Source of the DNA: an uncultured Clostridia bacterium
GTDB taxonomy: Bacteria; Bacillota; Clostridia; UBA1381; CAJOGA01
Length of the DNA: 46,826 bases
Direction: 5' to 3'
NCBI GenBank assembly: GCA_905233855.1
Contig: CAJOGA010000001.1
Span: forward strand, 1-46,826
Part shown: piece by piece, positions 29,932-39,642 of the stretch
Layout: each line of letters opens with the position of its first letter
Position numbering within the stretch: the first letter of the stretch is position 1
Made by a program: the position numbers and the translations under genes
Notes under the pieces: model-generated
What the model was told of the DNA's origin: nothing
The model's input: only the letters and a program-made list of their open reading frames with translations
The model's database searches: none

Positions 29932-31854
29932 ATGGGACTTAATTTAGCACAAAAAATCATAAAAGACCATTTGGTTACAGGCGATATGACGCCCGGAAGC
30001 GACATATCCATCAGAATTGACCAAACTTTAACACAGGACTCTACGGGTACTATGGCGTATCTGCAGTTTGAGGCAATAGGAATAGACAGAGTCAAAACAA
30101 AAAAGTCGGTTGCATATATAGACCATAACACAATACAGTCCGGCTTTGAAAATGCGGACGATCATAAATATATACAGACAGTTGCGTCAAAATACGGTAT
30201 ATACTTTTCAAAACCGGGCAACGGAATATGCCATCAGGTTCAGCTGGAGCGTTTCGGAGTGCCGGGCATGACGCTGTTGGGTTCTGACAGCCATACTCCA
30301 ACGGGCGGCGGTCTGGGAATGCTTGCCATAGGTGCAGGCGGTCTGGACGTTGCGGTTGCAATGGGCGGCGGAGCTTATCATATAACCATGCCTAAGGTTT
30401 GCAAGGTTAATCTTGTGGGCAAGTTGAATCCTTGGATAAGTGCAAAAGACATAATCTTAGAGGTTTTAAAAGTTCTCACGGTTAAAGGCGGCGTGGGCAA
30501 GGTTATCGAATATGCCGGCGAAGGCGTTAAAACCCTGACAGTTCCCGAAAGGGCAACAATAACTAACATGGGTGCGGAGCTTGGTGCAACAACATCTATC
30601 TTCCCAAGCGATGAAATAACAAAAGAGTTTCTGAAAGCACAGGGAAGGGAGTCTGACTGGACAGAAATCAAGCCTGATGCCGATGCTGTGTATGACGAGG
30701 AAATAACCGTAAACTTATCCGCTCTTGTGCCGATGGCTGCACAGCCGCACAGTCCGGATAGAGTAGACAGCGTTACAAACATAGGCAAAATAAAGGTTGA
30801 CCAGGTTGCCATCGGCAGCTGTACCAATTCATCATATCTTGACATGATGAAAGTTGCTTCAATATTGAAAGGTAAAACTATACATCCCGAAGTAAGCCTT
30901 GTTATCGCACCGGGATCAAAGCAGGTGCTGACAATGCTTGCAAAAAACGGAGCGTTGGCAGATATGGTTGCGGCAGGTGCAAGAATACTTGAATCGGCTT
31001 GCGGACCTTGCATAGGTATGGGACAGGCGCCTAAAACCGACGCTGTGTCGCTCAGAACATTTAACCGTAATTTTGAGGGCAGAAGCGGCACAAAATCCGC
31101 ACAGGTATACCTTGTAAGTCCGGAGGTTGCAGCTGTAAGTGCACTTACCGGCGTGCTGACAGATCCGCGTGAATTCGGAGACGCTCCTCAAATAGAAATG
31201 CCTAAGGAATTTTTAATAAATGACAACATGGTAATAGCACCGGCAGAGGACGGTTCAAAGGTTGAAGTTGTACGCGGTCCGAATATTAAACCGTTCCCTG
31301 TAAATGTACCGTTAAGCGATGTTGTAAGCGGTAAGACACTCATAAAAGTTGAGGACAACATCACAACCGACCATATTATGCCGTCGAACGCAAAATTGTT
31401 GCCGTTCCGTTCAAACGTGCCGTATCTGGCAAGTTTCTGTCTGACGCCGTGCGATCCTGATTTTCCTGAAAGAGCCAAGGCAAACAACGGAGGATTTATC
31501 ATCGGCGGTGTGAACTACGGGCAAGGATCCAGCCGTGAGCATGCGGCATTGGCACCGTTGTATCTGGGAGTTAAGGGCGTTATTGCAAAATCGTTTGCAA
31601 GAATACACATGGCAAACCTCATCAATTCAGGCATATTGCCTATGACATTCGTGAACGAAGCGGATTATGATTCAATCGATGTTATGGATGAATTAAAAAT
31701 AGAAAATGCTATAGAACAGGTTAAAAAATCCAATATAATAAAGGTTAAAAACGTAACCAAGAACAGTGAATTTGACGTTGAAATAAACTTGTCGGACAGA
31801 CAGCGTGAAATAATGCTGGCAGGCGGTTTGCTGAACTATACAAAAAATAACTGA
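29932..31854 (+). CDS. acn: Aconitate hydratase (short, about 640 aa type)
   Basis: QDSTG, GNGICHQ, GSDSHT, GSCTNSS, CGPCIGMG, RTFNRNFEGR, TTDHIMP and GSSREHAA. Confidence 0.93.
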   Translation: MGLNLAQKIIKDHLVTGDMTPGSDISIRIDQTLTQDSTGTMAYLQFEAIGIDRVKTKKSVAYIDHNTIQSGFENADDHKYIQTVASKYGIYFSKPGNGICHQVQLERFGVPGMTLLGSDSHTPTGGGLGMLAIGAGGLDVAVAMGGGAYHITMPKVCKVNLVGKLNPWISAKDIILEVLKVLTVKGGVGKVIEYAGEGVKTLTVPERATITNMGAELGATTSIFPSDEITKEFLKAQGRESDWTEIKPDADAVYDEEITVNLSALVPMAAQPHSPDRVDSVTNIGKIKVDQVAIGSCTNSSYLDMMKVASILKGKTIHPEVSLVIAPGSKQVLTMLAKNGALADMVAAGARILESACGPCIGMGQAPKTDAVSLRTFNRNFEGRSGTKSAQVYLVSPEVAAVSALTGVLTDPREFGDAPQIEMPKEFLINDNMVIAPAEDGSKVEVVRGPNIKPFPVNVPLSDVVSGKTLIKVEDNITTDHIMPSNAKLLPFRSNVPYLASFCLTPCDPDFPERAKANNGGFIIGGVNYGQGSSREHAALAPLYLGVKGVIAKSFARIHMANLINSGILPMTFVNEADYDSIDVMDELKIENAIEQVKKSNIIKVKNVTKNSEFDVEINLSDRQREIMLAGGLLNYTKNN

Positions 31855-31869
31855 TGGGAGGAAATAAAA

Positions 31870-33033
31870 ATGGCAGATAAATACACTGCTGCGGCAGATA
31901 AATTTGTTGCATTGTTGAAAGAACAGGACGCAAGAGTTCAGAGAATGAAGGAACAAAAAGAGTTTTTGGATTATGCAAAGCTTGATAAAATAATAATAGG
32001 CGTTTGCGGCGGCGACGGAATAGGTCCGTATATAACCGCACAAGGCCGCAGAATTTTGGAATTTTTGCTTGCGGACCAAGTTAAAGCAGGCAAAGTTGAA
32101 TTTAAAGTTATAGACGGATTGACAATAGAAAACAGAGCGAAAGTAAATAAAGCTATCCCCGACGATGTTCTGGCAGAGCTTAAAAAGTGCCACGTTATAT
32201 TAAAAGGTCCGACAACTACACCTCGTGCAGGCGATCCGTGGCCTAACATAGAAAGTGCAAACGTTGCAATGAGAAAGGAACTTGACCTTTTCGCAAACGT
32301 GCGTCCTGTAAAGGTTCCCGAAAAGGGCATAGACTGGACATTTTACCGTGAAAACACCGAAGGCAGCTATGCTGTCGGAAGCAAAGGCGTTCATGTGGAC
32401 GACGATATTGCTGTGGATTTTTGTATTACAACCACCGAGGGTAGCGAAAGAATTGCAAGAGCCGCGTTTGAATACGCAAAAAAGAACGGTAAAACAAAGG
32501 TTACGGCAGTTACCAAAGCCAATGTTGTTAAGACGACCGACGGTAAATTTTTGAAAATTTGTCAGGAGGTTGCAAAGGATTATCCGGGCATAGAGCTTGA
32601 TGACTGGTACATAGACATTATGACAGCAAAACTGGTTGACGAAAAACGCAGAACTCAATTCCAGGTTCTTGTTCTTCCGAACCTTTACGGCGATATATTG
32701 ACAGACGAAGCCGCTGAATTTCAGGGCGGTGTGGGCACAGCAGGCAGTGCAAACATAGGTAAAAGATACGCTATGTTTGAAGCTATCCACGGCTCCGCAC
32801 CGAGAATGGTTGCAGAAGGCAGAGCACAGTATGCCGATCCGTGCAGCGTTATAAGAGCGGCTGTTATGCTGCTTTCGCATATCGGATACCAGGAACAGGC
32901 AGATAAGCTTGAAAAAGCTTTGGATAAATGTATGTATGACGAAAAGAAACTTGTAATGACAGGCAGAGATACAGGTGCTACAAGCGAAGAATTTGCAAAC
33001 TACGTTATGGACACAATAAAAAATATGCAGTAA
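31870..33033 (+). CDS. icd: Isocitrate/isopropylmalate dehydrogenase family protein, probably isocitrate dehydrogenase
   Basis: GDGIGP, KGPTTTP, RENTEG, KANV, PNLYGDILTD and FEAIHGSAP; directly follows aconitase. Confidence 0.82.
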   Translation: MADKYTAAADKFVALLKEQDARVQRMKEQKEFLDYAKLDKIIIGVCGGDGIGPYITAQGRRILEFLLADQVKAGKVEFKVIDGLTIENRAKVNKAIPDDVLAELKKCHVILKGPTTTPRAGDPWPNIESANVAMRKELDLFANVRPVKVPEKGIDWTFYRENTEGSYAVGSKGVHVDDDIAVDFCITTTEGSERIARAAFEYAKKNGKTKVTAVTKANVVKTTDGKFLKICQEVAKDYPGIELDDWYIDIMTAKLVDEKRRTQFQVLVLPNLYGDILTDEAAEFQGGVGTAGSANIGKRYAMFEAIHGSAPRMVAEGRAQYADPCSVIRAAVMLLSHIGYQEQADKLEKALDKCMYDEKKLVMTGRDTGATSEEFANYVMDTIKNMQ

Positions 33034-33042
33034 AGTTCCGGC

Positions 33043-33192
33043 TTGAAGCGATATAAAGTCCATTCCCTTACGGAGGAACAGTATAAAACAGTTTCAAGCA
33101 AGTGCGGTACGATCCGCCGCAAGATCATTGCCTCAATTACAACGGCGAAGAAAAACAGCGTAAATAAACCTACCGTACTAAACAGGGAATAA
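33043..33192 (+). pseudogene. C-terminal remnant of a four-helix-bundle (TIGR02436 / 23S rRNA IVP-like) gene
   Basis: Hand translation LKRYKVHSLTEEQYKTVSSKCGTIRRKIIASITTAKKNSVNKPTVLNRE* resembles the last helix of that family. No RBS and no N-terminal helices. Below the ORF-track length cutoff. Confidence 0.6.
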
Positions 33193-33210
33193 AGGCTGAT
33201 TGACGGAAGG

Positions 33211-33759
33211 ATGGATTTGGTTATGCATGAAGAAGATGTAATTCGTATATGCAAAGAAAACGGTGTTAGCAATACCGGAGCCATAAACATACCGGATATT
33301 GATTTTAACGAACAGTTAAGAGATAATTGTAAGCTCAACACATGCGGAAGGTATAATACAAACTGGACGTGTCCTCCGCGTGTGGGCGATTTTGACGTGT
33401 TGGTTAAAAAGGTGTTTGAATATAAGCATGCTATAGTGTTCCAGAATATATATGAATTGGAAGACAGCTTTGATTACGAAGGTATGGAACGTGGGTCTGC
33501 CGACCATTACCAAAAGACGCAAAAAATTGCGGAGCAGATAAAAAAGTTGTGCCCCGATGCTCTTGTTTTGGGGGCAGGCGGCTGCAGAGTTTGCAAGGAA
33601 TGTGCCGCGGTGAAAAATGAGCCCTGCAGATTTCCCGATAAAGCCGTCGCGTCTATGGAGGCATACGGAATGTATGTGTCAAACGTTGCAAGTAAAAGCG
33701 GATTGGAATATATGAACGGTGTTAACACTATGACATATTTCGGTATGGTTTTGTATTAA
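33211..33759 (+). CDS. DUF2284 predicted metal-binding protein
   Basis: CKLNTCGRYNTNWTCPP and GAGGCRVCKEC...PCRFPDKAVASMEAYG. The start may be 33223. Confidence 0.88.
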   Translation: MDLVMHEEDVIRICKENGVSNTGAINIPDIDFNEQLRDNCKLNTCGRYNTNWTCPPRVGDFDVLVKKVFEYKHAIVFQNIYELEDSFDYEGMERGSADHYQKTQKIAEQIKKLCPDALVLGAGGCRVCKECAAVKNEPCRFPDKAVASMEAYGMYVSNVASKSGLEYMNGVNTMTYFGMVLY

Positions 33760-33797
33760 TATTTCCAATGAAATAATTTGGAAAGGACAGTGAGTTT

Positions 33798-34436
33798 TTG
33801 GAAAAGACAGAAACAAATTCATTAACTGCGAAGATTTTTAACATCATTGAAGATAAAATTTTAGTCGGCGAATATTCCGCCGGCGACAGTCTTGCCGAAA
33901 GCAAGGTGTGCGGACAGCTTGGAGTAAGCCGTACACCTGTGCGTGAAGCGTTAAAACAGCTTGAACGTGCGGGGCTTGTCGCAATAACGCCTAATAAAGG
34001 TGCTGTGGTTGTGGGAATTAGCGAAAAAGACATCAGAGATATAATGGAGGTAAGACTCAGAATAGAAGGTCTTGCCGCAAACTGGGCGGCAAAAAACATA
34101 ACCGACGGGGAAATACAAAAGCTGCAAGAGGTTGTTGATTTGTTGGAATTTTATATCCGACGTGATGACTTTAATTCTATCAATGAGATGGATTCCGATT
34201 TTCACGAAATCATATATCAGGCGTCAAAGAGTAAGATTTTGGCAAATATCCTGTCTGAGTTTCATCACTACTTAAAAAAAGTGCGTTACGATTCCATGCA
34301 GGAGGAAAACCGTCGCAACACAGTTCTTAAAGAACACAGGCAGATACTCAACGCACTGGCAGCTCATGATTCTCTGCTGGCGGAAAAGCTGGCATGTGAG
34401 CATGTGCAGCATGCGGCACAAAACATAAACGGTTAA
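33798..34436 (+). CDS. GntR-family (FadR/FCD) transcriptional regulator
   Basis: LGVSRTPVREALKQLE wHTH; FCD motifs DSDFHEII and EHRQILNAL. Confidence 0.93.
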   Translation: MEKTETNSLTAKIFNIIEDKILVGEYSAGDSLAESKVCGQLGVSRTPVREALKQLERAGLVAITPNKGAVVVGISEKDIRDIMEVRLRIEGLAANWAAKNITDGEIQKLQEVVDLLEFYIRRDDFNSINEMDSDFHEIIYQASKSKILANILSEFHHYLKKVRYDSMQEENRRNTVLKEHRQILNALAAHDSLLAEKLACEHVQHAAQNING

Positions 34437-34464
34437 AAACACCTTGCCGTGTTGGAGGATAACA

Positions 34465-35112
34465 ATGAACAACGAAATCAAAAAAAATGTTCCTACGGTT
34501 GTCATACGTCGCCTTCCAAGATACTATAGGTATCTGGAGGATTTGTTGAAGAACAATATAATAAGAATATCGTCTACGGAGCTTGCCAAGAAGATGAATA
34601 TAACCGCATCACAGGTGCGTCAGGATTTCAGCTGTTTCGGCGGATTCGGTCAGCAGGGATATGGCTATAACGTTGAAAATTTGTATAACGAAATAGGCAA
34701 TCTTTTAGGACTCAGAGAAAACTACACCACCGTCATAGTAGGGGCAGGCAATCTGGGACGTGCTTTGGCGAATCACGCCTCGTTTGACAGACGAGGCTTT
34801 AAGCTTGTGGGCATTTTTGATATTGACGAACGTATCATAGGTAAAAAAATAAACAATATAACCGTTATGCATGCGGACGAGCTTGATAAATTTGTTGCGG
34901 AAAACCGTGTTGACATAGGCATAATAACCGTGCCGAGAGACAATGTCAAAGACGTTGCAAACAAGCTTATAAGCTTGGGAATAAAGGGCCTGTGGAACTT
35001 TTCGTATATAGAACTCAAGGGCAATGACGATGTTCAGATTGAAAATGTCCATCTTACCGACAGCCTTATGACATTGTCATACAACATTAAGAAAAACAGT
35101 CAGGAGAATTAA
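34465..35112 (+). CDS. rex: Redox-sensing transcriptional repressor Rex
   Basis: RRLPRYYRYL, SQVRQDFSCFGGFGQQGYGY and VGAGNLGRAL. ATG 34465 after GGAGG. Confidence 0.96.
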   Translation: MNNEIKKNVPTVVIRRLPRYYRYLEDLLKNNIIRISSTELAKKMNITASQVRQDFSCFGGFGQQGYGYNVENLYNEIGNLLGLRENYTTVIVGAGNLGRALANHASFDRRGFKLVGIFDIDERIIGKKINNITVMHADELDKFVAENRVDIGIITVPRDNVKDVANKLISLGIKGLWNFSYIELKGNDDVQIENVHLTDSLMTLSYNIKKNSQEN

Positions 35113-35148
35113 TTATTCATGTTACCGTTTGAAAGGTGATGAATTGTT

Positions 35149-35961
35149 ATGACCACAGTTGCGTTTGTTGGCAAAAGCGGTACGGGCAAGAGTCATATTG
35201 CTACGGCCGTTGCAAAAAAAATAGGTGCGGATGCGTTTATAGATGACGGGTTGTTAATATCGTCGGACAAAATAGTAGCAGGTGTTTCGGCAAAAAAAGA
35301 GCCGACAAAGATAGCATCTATCCGCCGTGCAATATTCACCGATGCCGAGCATGCCAGACAGGTGAGAGCGGCAATCAAGAAAAACAATTTTCAAAAATTG
35401 ATGATAATAGGCACTTCAGACTCCATGGTGTATGAAATAGCGGATAAAATCGGAGCCGGGCAGGTGGAGCATATTTACAGAATTGAAGAATTTGCCACTC
35501 CTGATGATATTTCTAAGGCAAGGCAGATTCGGAAAGAATCGGGTAAACATGTTATTCCTGTGCCAACATTCGAAATAAAAAAGGACTTTTCCGGCTATTT
35601 TATAGACTCCTTCAAACAGTTTATGACCGGCAAACGCTGGGGCGATATAGTTGAAACAAATAAGTCCGTCGTAAGACCTACCTTCAGTTATATGGGCGGG
35701 TTTTCCATAAGCGACCAGGTGCTTGTAACCATATGTCAGCATGAGGCCAAAAAGATAAACGGTATAGTGAAGGTAACCGGTGTTGTTGTTGAACCGGTGG
35801 AGACGGGAGTAAAGCTGTATATGGATGTTACCGTCAAGTTCGGTATACATATCCCGACTACCATGACGAAGGCAAAGCAGGTAATAAAAGAGGTTGCAGA
35901 GGAGCTGACTGCAATAAATGTCAACAGTATCAATATACACGTTAAACGTATTGTGTATTAA
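35149..35961 (+). CDS. P-loop ATP-binding protein fused to an Asp23/Gls24 domain
   Basis: N-terminal GKSGTGKS and FIDDGLLI; C-terminal GGFSISDQVL...ELTAINVNSINIHV Asp23-like fold. Confidence 0.8.
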   Translation: MTTVAFVGKSGTGKSHIATAVAKKIGADAFIDDGLLISSDKIVAGVSAKKEPTKIASIRRAIFTDAEHARQVRAAIKKNNFQKLMIIGTSDSMVYEIADKIGAGQVEHIYRIEEFATPDDISKARQIRKESGKHVIPVPTFEIKKDFSGYFIDSFKQFMTGKRWGDIVETNKSVVRPTFSYMGGFSISDQVLVTICQHEAKKINGIVKVTGVVVEPVETGVKLYMDVTVKFGIHIPTTMTKAKQVIKEVAEELTAINVNSINIHVKRIVY

Positions 35962-36043
35962 AAATAGCTGTTGAGGTTTTCCGGTAAAATTTTGTAAAAA
36001 ACATTAATTAAAATAAATATGTTCTGAAAGGATGGAATAATGT

Positions 36044-36547
36044 ATGTCAAAACCTAAAGTGGCAATTATTATGGGGAGCGATTCGGATTTCAATACTTTA
36101 AAGCCGTGTATAAAAATGCTGAAAAAATTTGAAATAGAGCCGGACGTTAACGTTATATCGGCACACAGAACGCCGGAGAATGCGGAAAAGTTTGCAAAAT
36201 CGGCAGAAGAAAACGGCATAGAGGTTATTATAGCGGCTGCAGGTAAAGCGGCACATCTTGCCGGAGTACTTGCGGCGTTCACAACTGTTCCGGTTATAGG
36301 GATACCTATCAAATCATCTACCATGGACGGTTTGGATTCGCTTTTGTCAGTCGTTCAGATGCCGAAAGGCATACCGGTTGCAACAGTTGCAATAGACGGA
36401 GCGGATAATGCGGGAATTTTGGCGGCACAGATACTGTCGCTCAAATATGACTACATAAAACCTATGCTCAAGGAATTTAAACAGGATATGAGATCAGAGG
36501 TTGAGGCTAAAAATGAAAAAATAAAACAAGAAGCTGCACAGCTGTAA
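36044..36547 (+). CDS. purE: N5-CAIR mutase / AIR carboxylase PurE
   Basis: IMGSDSD, SAHRTP, AAHLAG and QMPKGIPVATV. Confidence 0.97.
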   Translation: MSKPKVAIIMGSDSDFNTLKPCIKMLKKFEIEPDVNVISAHRTPENAEKFAKSAEENGIEVIIAAAGKAAHLAGVLAAFTTVPVIGIPIKSSTMDGLDSLLSVVQMPKGIPVATVAIDGADNAGILAAQILSLKYDYIKPMLKEFKQDMRSEVEAKNEKIKQEAAQL

Positions 36548-36577
36548 TTTGTATTTTTATCATATGGAGGATTGAAT

Positions 36578-37975
36578 ATGTGTAACTATGCGGAGAAAAC
36601 AAAATTAAAGGAAGAGTGCGGAGTTTTTGCTATCTATGACAATGACAATTTAGATGTCGCGCATCTTACCTACTGTGCTCTTTTTGCTCTCCAACACCGC
36701 GGTCAGGAAAGCAGCGGTATTGCTGTAAACAGCGACGGTACTATACTCCAGCATAAGGACAAGGGTGTTGTGCCTGATGTGTTTAACGAAGTAATATTGA
36801 ATTATCTCAAAGGCAACATGGCTGTAGGACATGTGCGTTATTGCAAGGCGAGCGAATCGTCAAGGGAAAATGCACAGCCGTTGGTGTCGAAATACGTTAA
36901 AGGCACATTGACCATTGCGTATAACGGAAGTATTTTAAACGCACAACAGCTCAGAGCGGATTTGGAACAGCAGGGTGCAATATTCCAAACCTCCAGCGAC
37001 GCCGAGCTTATCACATATATGATAGCAAGGGAACGTCTGGGCAGCAAAAGTGTTGAGGAGGCAATAACAAAGGTAATACCAAAGCTGGACGGCGCTTATT
37101 CCATGGTTATAATGAGCCCTAAAAAGCTTATTGCGGTAAGAGATCCTCACGGTATAAGACCGCTGTCTATGGGCAAGATAAGAAATTCACACGTGTTCGC
37201 ATCGGAAACCTGTGCGTTAAATGCCATCGGTGCCGACTTTGTGCGTGATATAGAGCCGGGTGAAATTGTTGTTGTAAGCGAAGACGGCGTAAAGAGCATC
37301 AGAGACAATGTTAAAAACAAAGCGTCAATATGCGTGTTTGAATATATATACTTTGCACGTCCCGACAGCGTGATAGAAGGCAGAAGCGTGTATGAGTCAA
37401 GGAAAGCCGCAGGAAGATGTCTTGCAAAAGCACATCCGGTGGATGCCGATATTGTTATCGGTGTGCCTGATTCGGGATTGAATGCCGCATTGGGATATGC
37501 CGAGGAATCCGGCATACCGTATGGCGAAGGACTTATAAAGAACAGATATATAGGCAGAACCTTTATCCAGCCTACACAGCATCAGCGTGTTGAAAGTGTG
37601 GACATAAAGCTCAACGTTTTAAGAAGCAGTATAGAGGGTAAACGTGTTGTCATGGTAGACGACTCTATCGTAAGAGGCACAACCTGTGCAAAACTGGTGC
37701 ACATGCTCAAGAAGGCAGGGGCAAAAGAGGTGCATATGCGTATAAGCTCGCCTGAATTTTTGTGGAGATGCTTCTTCGGCACAGACATACCGTCCAGAAA
37801 AGACCTTATGGCATGTAACTACACTGTTGACGAGATGTGTAAAAAATTCGGAGCGGACAGTTTGGGCTTTCTGCCGATTGAAAATCTGAAGGATGTTATG
37901 GCAGGAACCGACTGTAATTGGTGTGAAGGTTGCTTTACAGGCAAATATCCTATAGAAATAACAGAAGAACAATAA
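36578..37975 (+). CDS. purF: Amidophosphoribosyltransferase
   Basis: Propeptide EECGVF, LQHRGQES, CVFEYIYFARPDS and VDDSIVRGTT, with Fe-S cysteines. Confidence 0.96.
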   Translation: MCNYAEKTKLKEECGVFAIYDNDNLDVAHLTYCALFALQHRGQESSGIAVNSDGTILQHKDKGVVPDVFNEVILNYLKGNMAVGHVRYCKASESSRENAQPLVSKYVKGTLTIAYNGSILNAQQLRADLEQQGAIFQTSSDAELITYMIARERLGSKSVEEAITKVIPKLDGAYSMVIMSPKKLIAVRDPHGIRPLSMGKIRNSHVFASETCALNAIGADFVRDIEPGEIVVVSEDGVKSIRDNVKNKASICVFEYIYFARPDSVIEGRSVYESRKAAGRCLAKAHPVDADIVIGVPDSGLNAALGYAEESGIPYGEGLIKNRYIGRTFIQPTQHQRVESVDIKLNVLRSSIEGKRVVMVDDSIVRGTTCAKLVHMLKKAGAKEVHMRISSPEFLWRCFFGTDIPSRKDLMACNYTVDEMCKKFGADSLGFLPIENLKDVMAGTDCNWCEGCFTGKYPIEITEEQ

Positions 37976-37996
37976 AAAGCACAGAAGATTGGAGGA

Positions 37997-39037
37997 ATGA
38001 TTGTGAATAACAGTTATAAAGCGGCAGGCGTAGATGTTGAGGCAGGCTATGAAGCGGTAAGATTAATGAAGGAACATGTTCAGAAAACCTTTACAGAAGG
38101 AGTTATAGGTTCAATAGGCGGTTTTGGCGGATTGTTTGAATTGCCTCAGGGTTATAAGAAACCTGTTTTGGTTTCGGGCACAGACGGCGTCGGAACAAAG
38201 CTTAAGATTGCGTTTTTGATGGATAAGCATGACACAATAGGTCAGGACTGCGTTGCAATGTGCGTGAACGACATAGTTTGTTCGGGTGCAAAACCGCTTA
38301 TCTTTTTGGACTATCTTGCTGTGGGAAAAAACTATCCCGAAAAGATAGCAAATATCGTTAAAGGCGTTGCTGACGGATGCATTCTTGCCGGAGCAAGTCT
38401 TGTCGGCGGAGAGACGGCTGAAATGCCGGGCTTTTATCCTGTAGACGAATATGACCTTGCCGGTTTTGCTGTCGGAATAGCGGAAAAAGATGAAATGACC
38501 GATGCAAGCCGTGCAAAAGCAGGCGATGTGCTTGTGGGTATAGCGTCCAGCGGTATACACAGTAACGGTTACTCGCTTGTAAGAAAAGTGTTTAACCTTG
38601 GCGGAGAAAATGCAAAGGAATTGCTTAAGGAAAGACCGGCAGAGCTTGACAAAACCCTTGGCGAAGAACTTTTAACTCCAACCAAAATATACGTTAAAGT
38701 ATTGCTTGATTTGATAGATAAAGTCGGCATAAACACAGTATCGCACATCACAGGCGGCGGATTTATAGAAAATATACCGAGAATGTTGCCGGATAATCTT
38801 CAGGCAAATATAAACAAAGGCACATGGGATATTCTACCTATATTTAACCTTATTCAAAAACGCGGAAACATTGCCGAAAGAGATATGTACAACACCTTTA
38901 ACATGGGTATCGGCATGGTTGTTGCGGTTGATAAGGAAAAGGCACAAAAAGCCGTTGAATGTATACAGGCAAACGGTGAAAAAGCGTATATCATAGGTAC
39001 AGTTGAAAAGGGAAGCGAAGGAGTGGCTATATCTTGA
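37997..39037 (+). CDS. purM: AIR synthase
   Basis: [31 protein letters not shown] and HITGGG. Confidence 0.98.
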   Translation: MIVNNSYKAAGVDVEAGYEAVRLMKEHVQKTFTEGVIGSIGGFGGLFELPQGYKKPVLVSGTDGVGTKLKIAFLMDKHDTIGQDCVAMCVNDIVCSGAKPLIFLDYLAVGKNYPEKIANIVKGVADGCILAGASLVGGETAEMPGFYPVDEYDLAGFAVGIAEKDEMTDASRAKAGDVLVGIASSGIHSNGYSLVRKVFNLGGENAKELLKERPAELDKTLGEELLTPTKIYVKVLLDLIDKVGINTVSHITGGGFIENIPRMLPDNLQANINKGTWDILPIFNLIQKRGNIAERDMYNTFNMGIGMVVAVDKEKAQKAVECIQANGEKAYIIGTVEKGSEGVAIS

Positions 39038-39624
39038 ATATAGGTGTTTTGGTATCCGGCGGCGGTACTAATCTGCAGGCTATACTTGATGCGTGCGACA
39101 GCGGTATTATTAAGAGCGGCAAGGTTGTTACGGTCGTTTCAAGCAAGGACGGAGTGTATGCACTCGAGCGTGCCGCAAAACGCGGCATTAATTCGGTTGT
39201 TATCCGCCGCAAAGACTATGACGAGCCTGCATTGTTTGACAAAGCAATAGCTGACCATATGAAAAGCATGAATGTGGAGCTTATTGTCATGGCAGGATTT
39301 TTGTCGGTTGTCGGCACAGATCTGATAAAAGAATATCCGAATAAAATAATAAACATTCATCCGTCGCTTATTCCAAGCTTTTGCGGAAAGGGCTTTTACG
39401 GTTTAAAGGTGCATGAAGCTGCTTTGGAATACGGTGTTAAAGTTACCGGTGCAACAGTGCATTTTGTGAACGAAATACCTGACGGCGGAAAGATAATTTT
39501 GCAGAAAGCCGTTGAAATTCAAGACGGCGATACTCCGCAAACGTTGCAAAAACGTGTTATGGAGGAGGCTGAATGGAAAATTCTTCCAAAAGCTGTTGAA
39601 ATGATATGCAGCGGACAAATATAA
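39034..39624 (+). CDS. purN: GAR transformylase
   Basis: [19 protein letters not shown] and GATVHFV. Confidence 0.97.
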   Translation: MNIGVLVSGGGTNLQAILDACDSGIIKSGKVVTVVSSKDGVYALERAAKRGINSVVIRRKDYDEPALFDKAIADHMKSMNVELIVMAGFLSVVGTDLIKEYPNKIINIHPSLIPSFCGKGFYGLKVHEAALEYGVKVTGATVHFVNEIPDGGKIILQKAVEIQDGDTPQTLQKRVMEEAEWKILPKAVEMICSGQI

Positions 39625-39642
39625 ACAAAAGGGGAAATAAAT

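Noticed and set aside
33031-33033. Programmed readthrough of the icd stop into the downstream open frame
   Set aside because: The stop is TAA, Icd is already complete, and no recoding signal is evident. A one-in-three frame coincidence with a relic is sufficient.
30378-33063. Long antisense ORFs (237, 166 and 287 aa) opposite aconitase and icd
   Set aside because: Shadow frames of well-conserved genes with no recognisable motifs; explained by codon bias.
35962-36043. Purine riboswitch or PurR box before purE
   Set aside because: No aptamer core, terminator or PurBox is recognisable in the 82-bp spacer.
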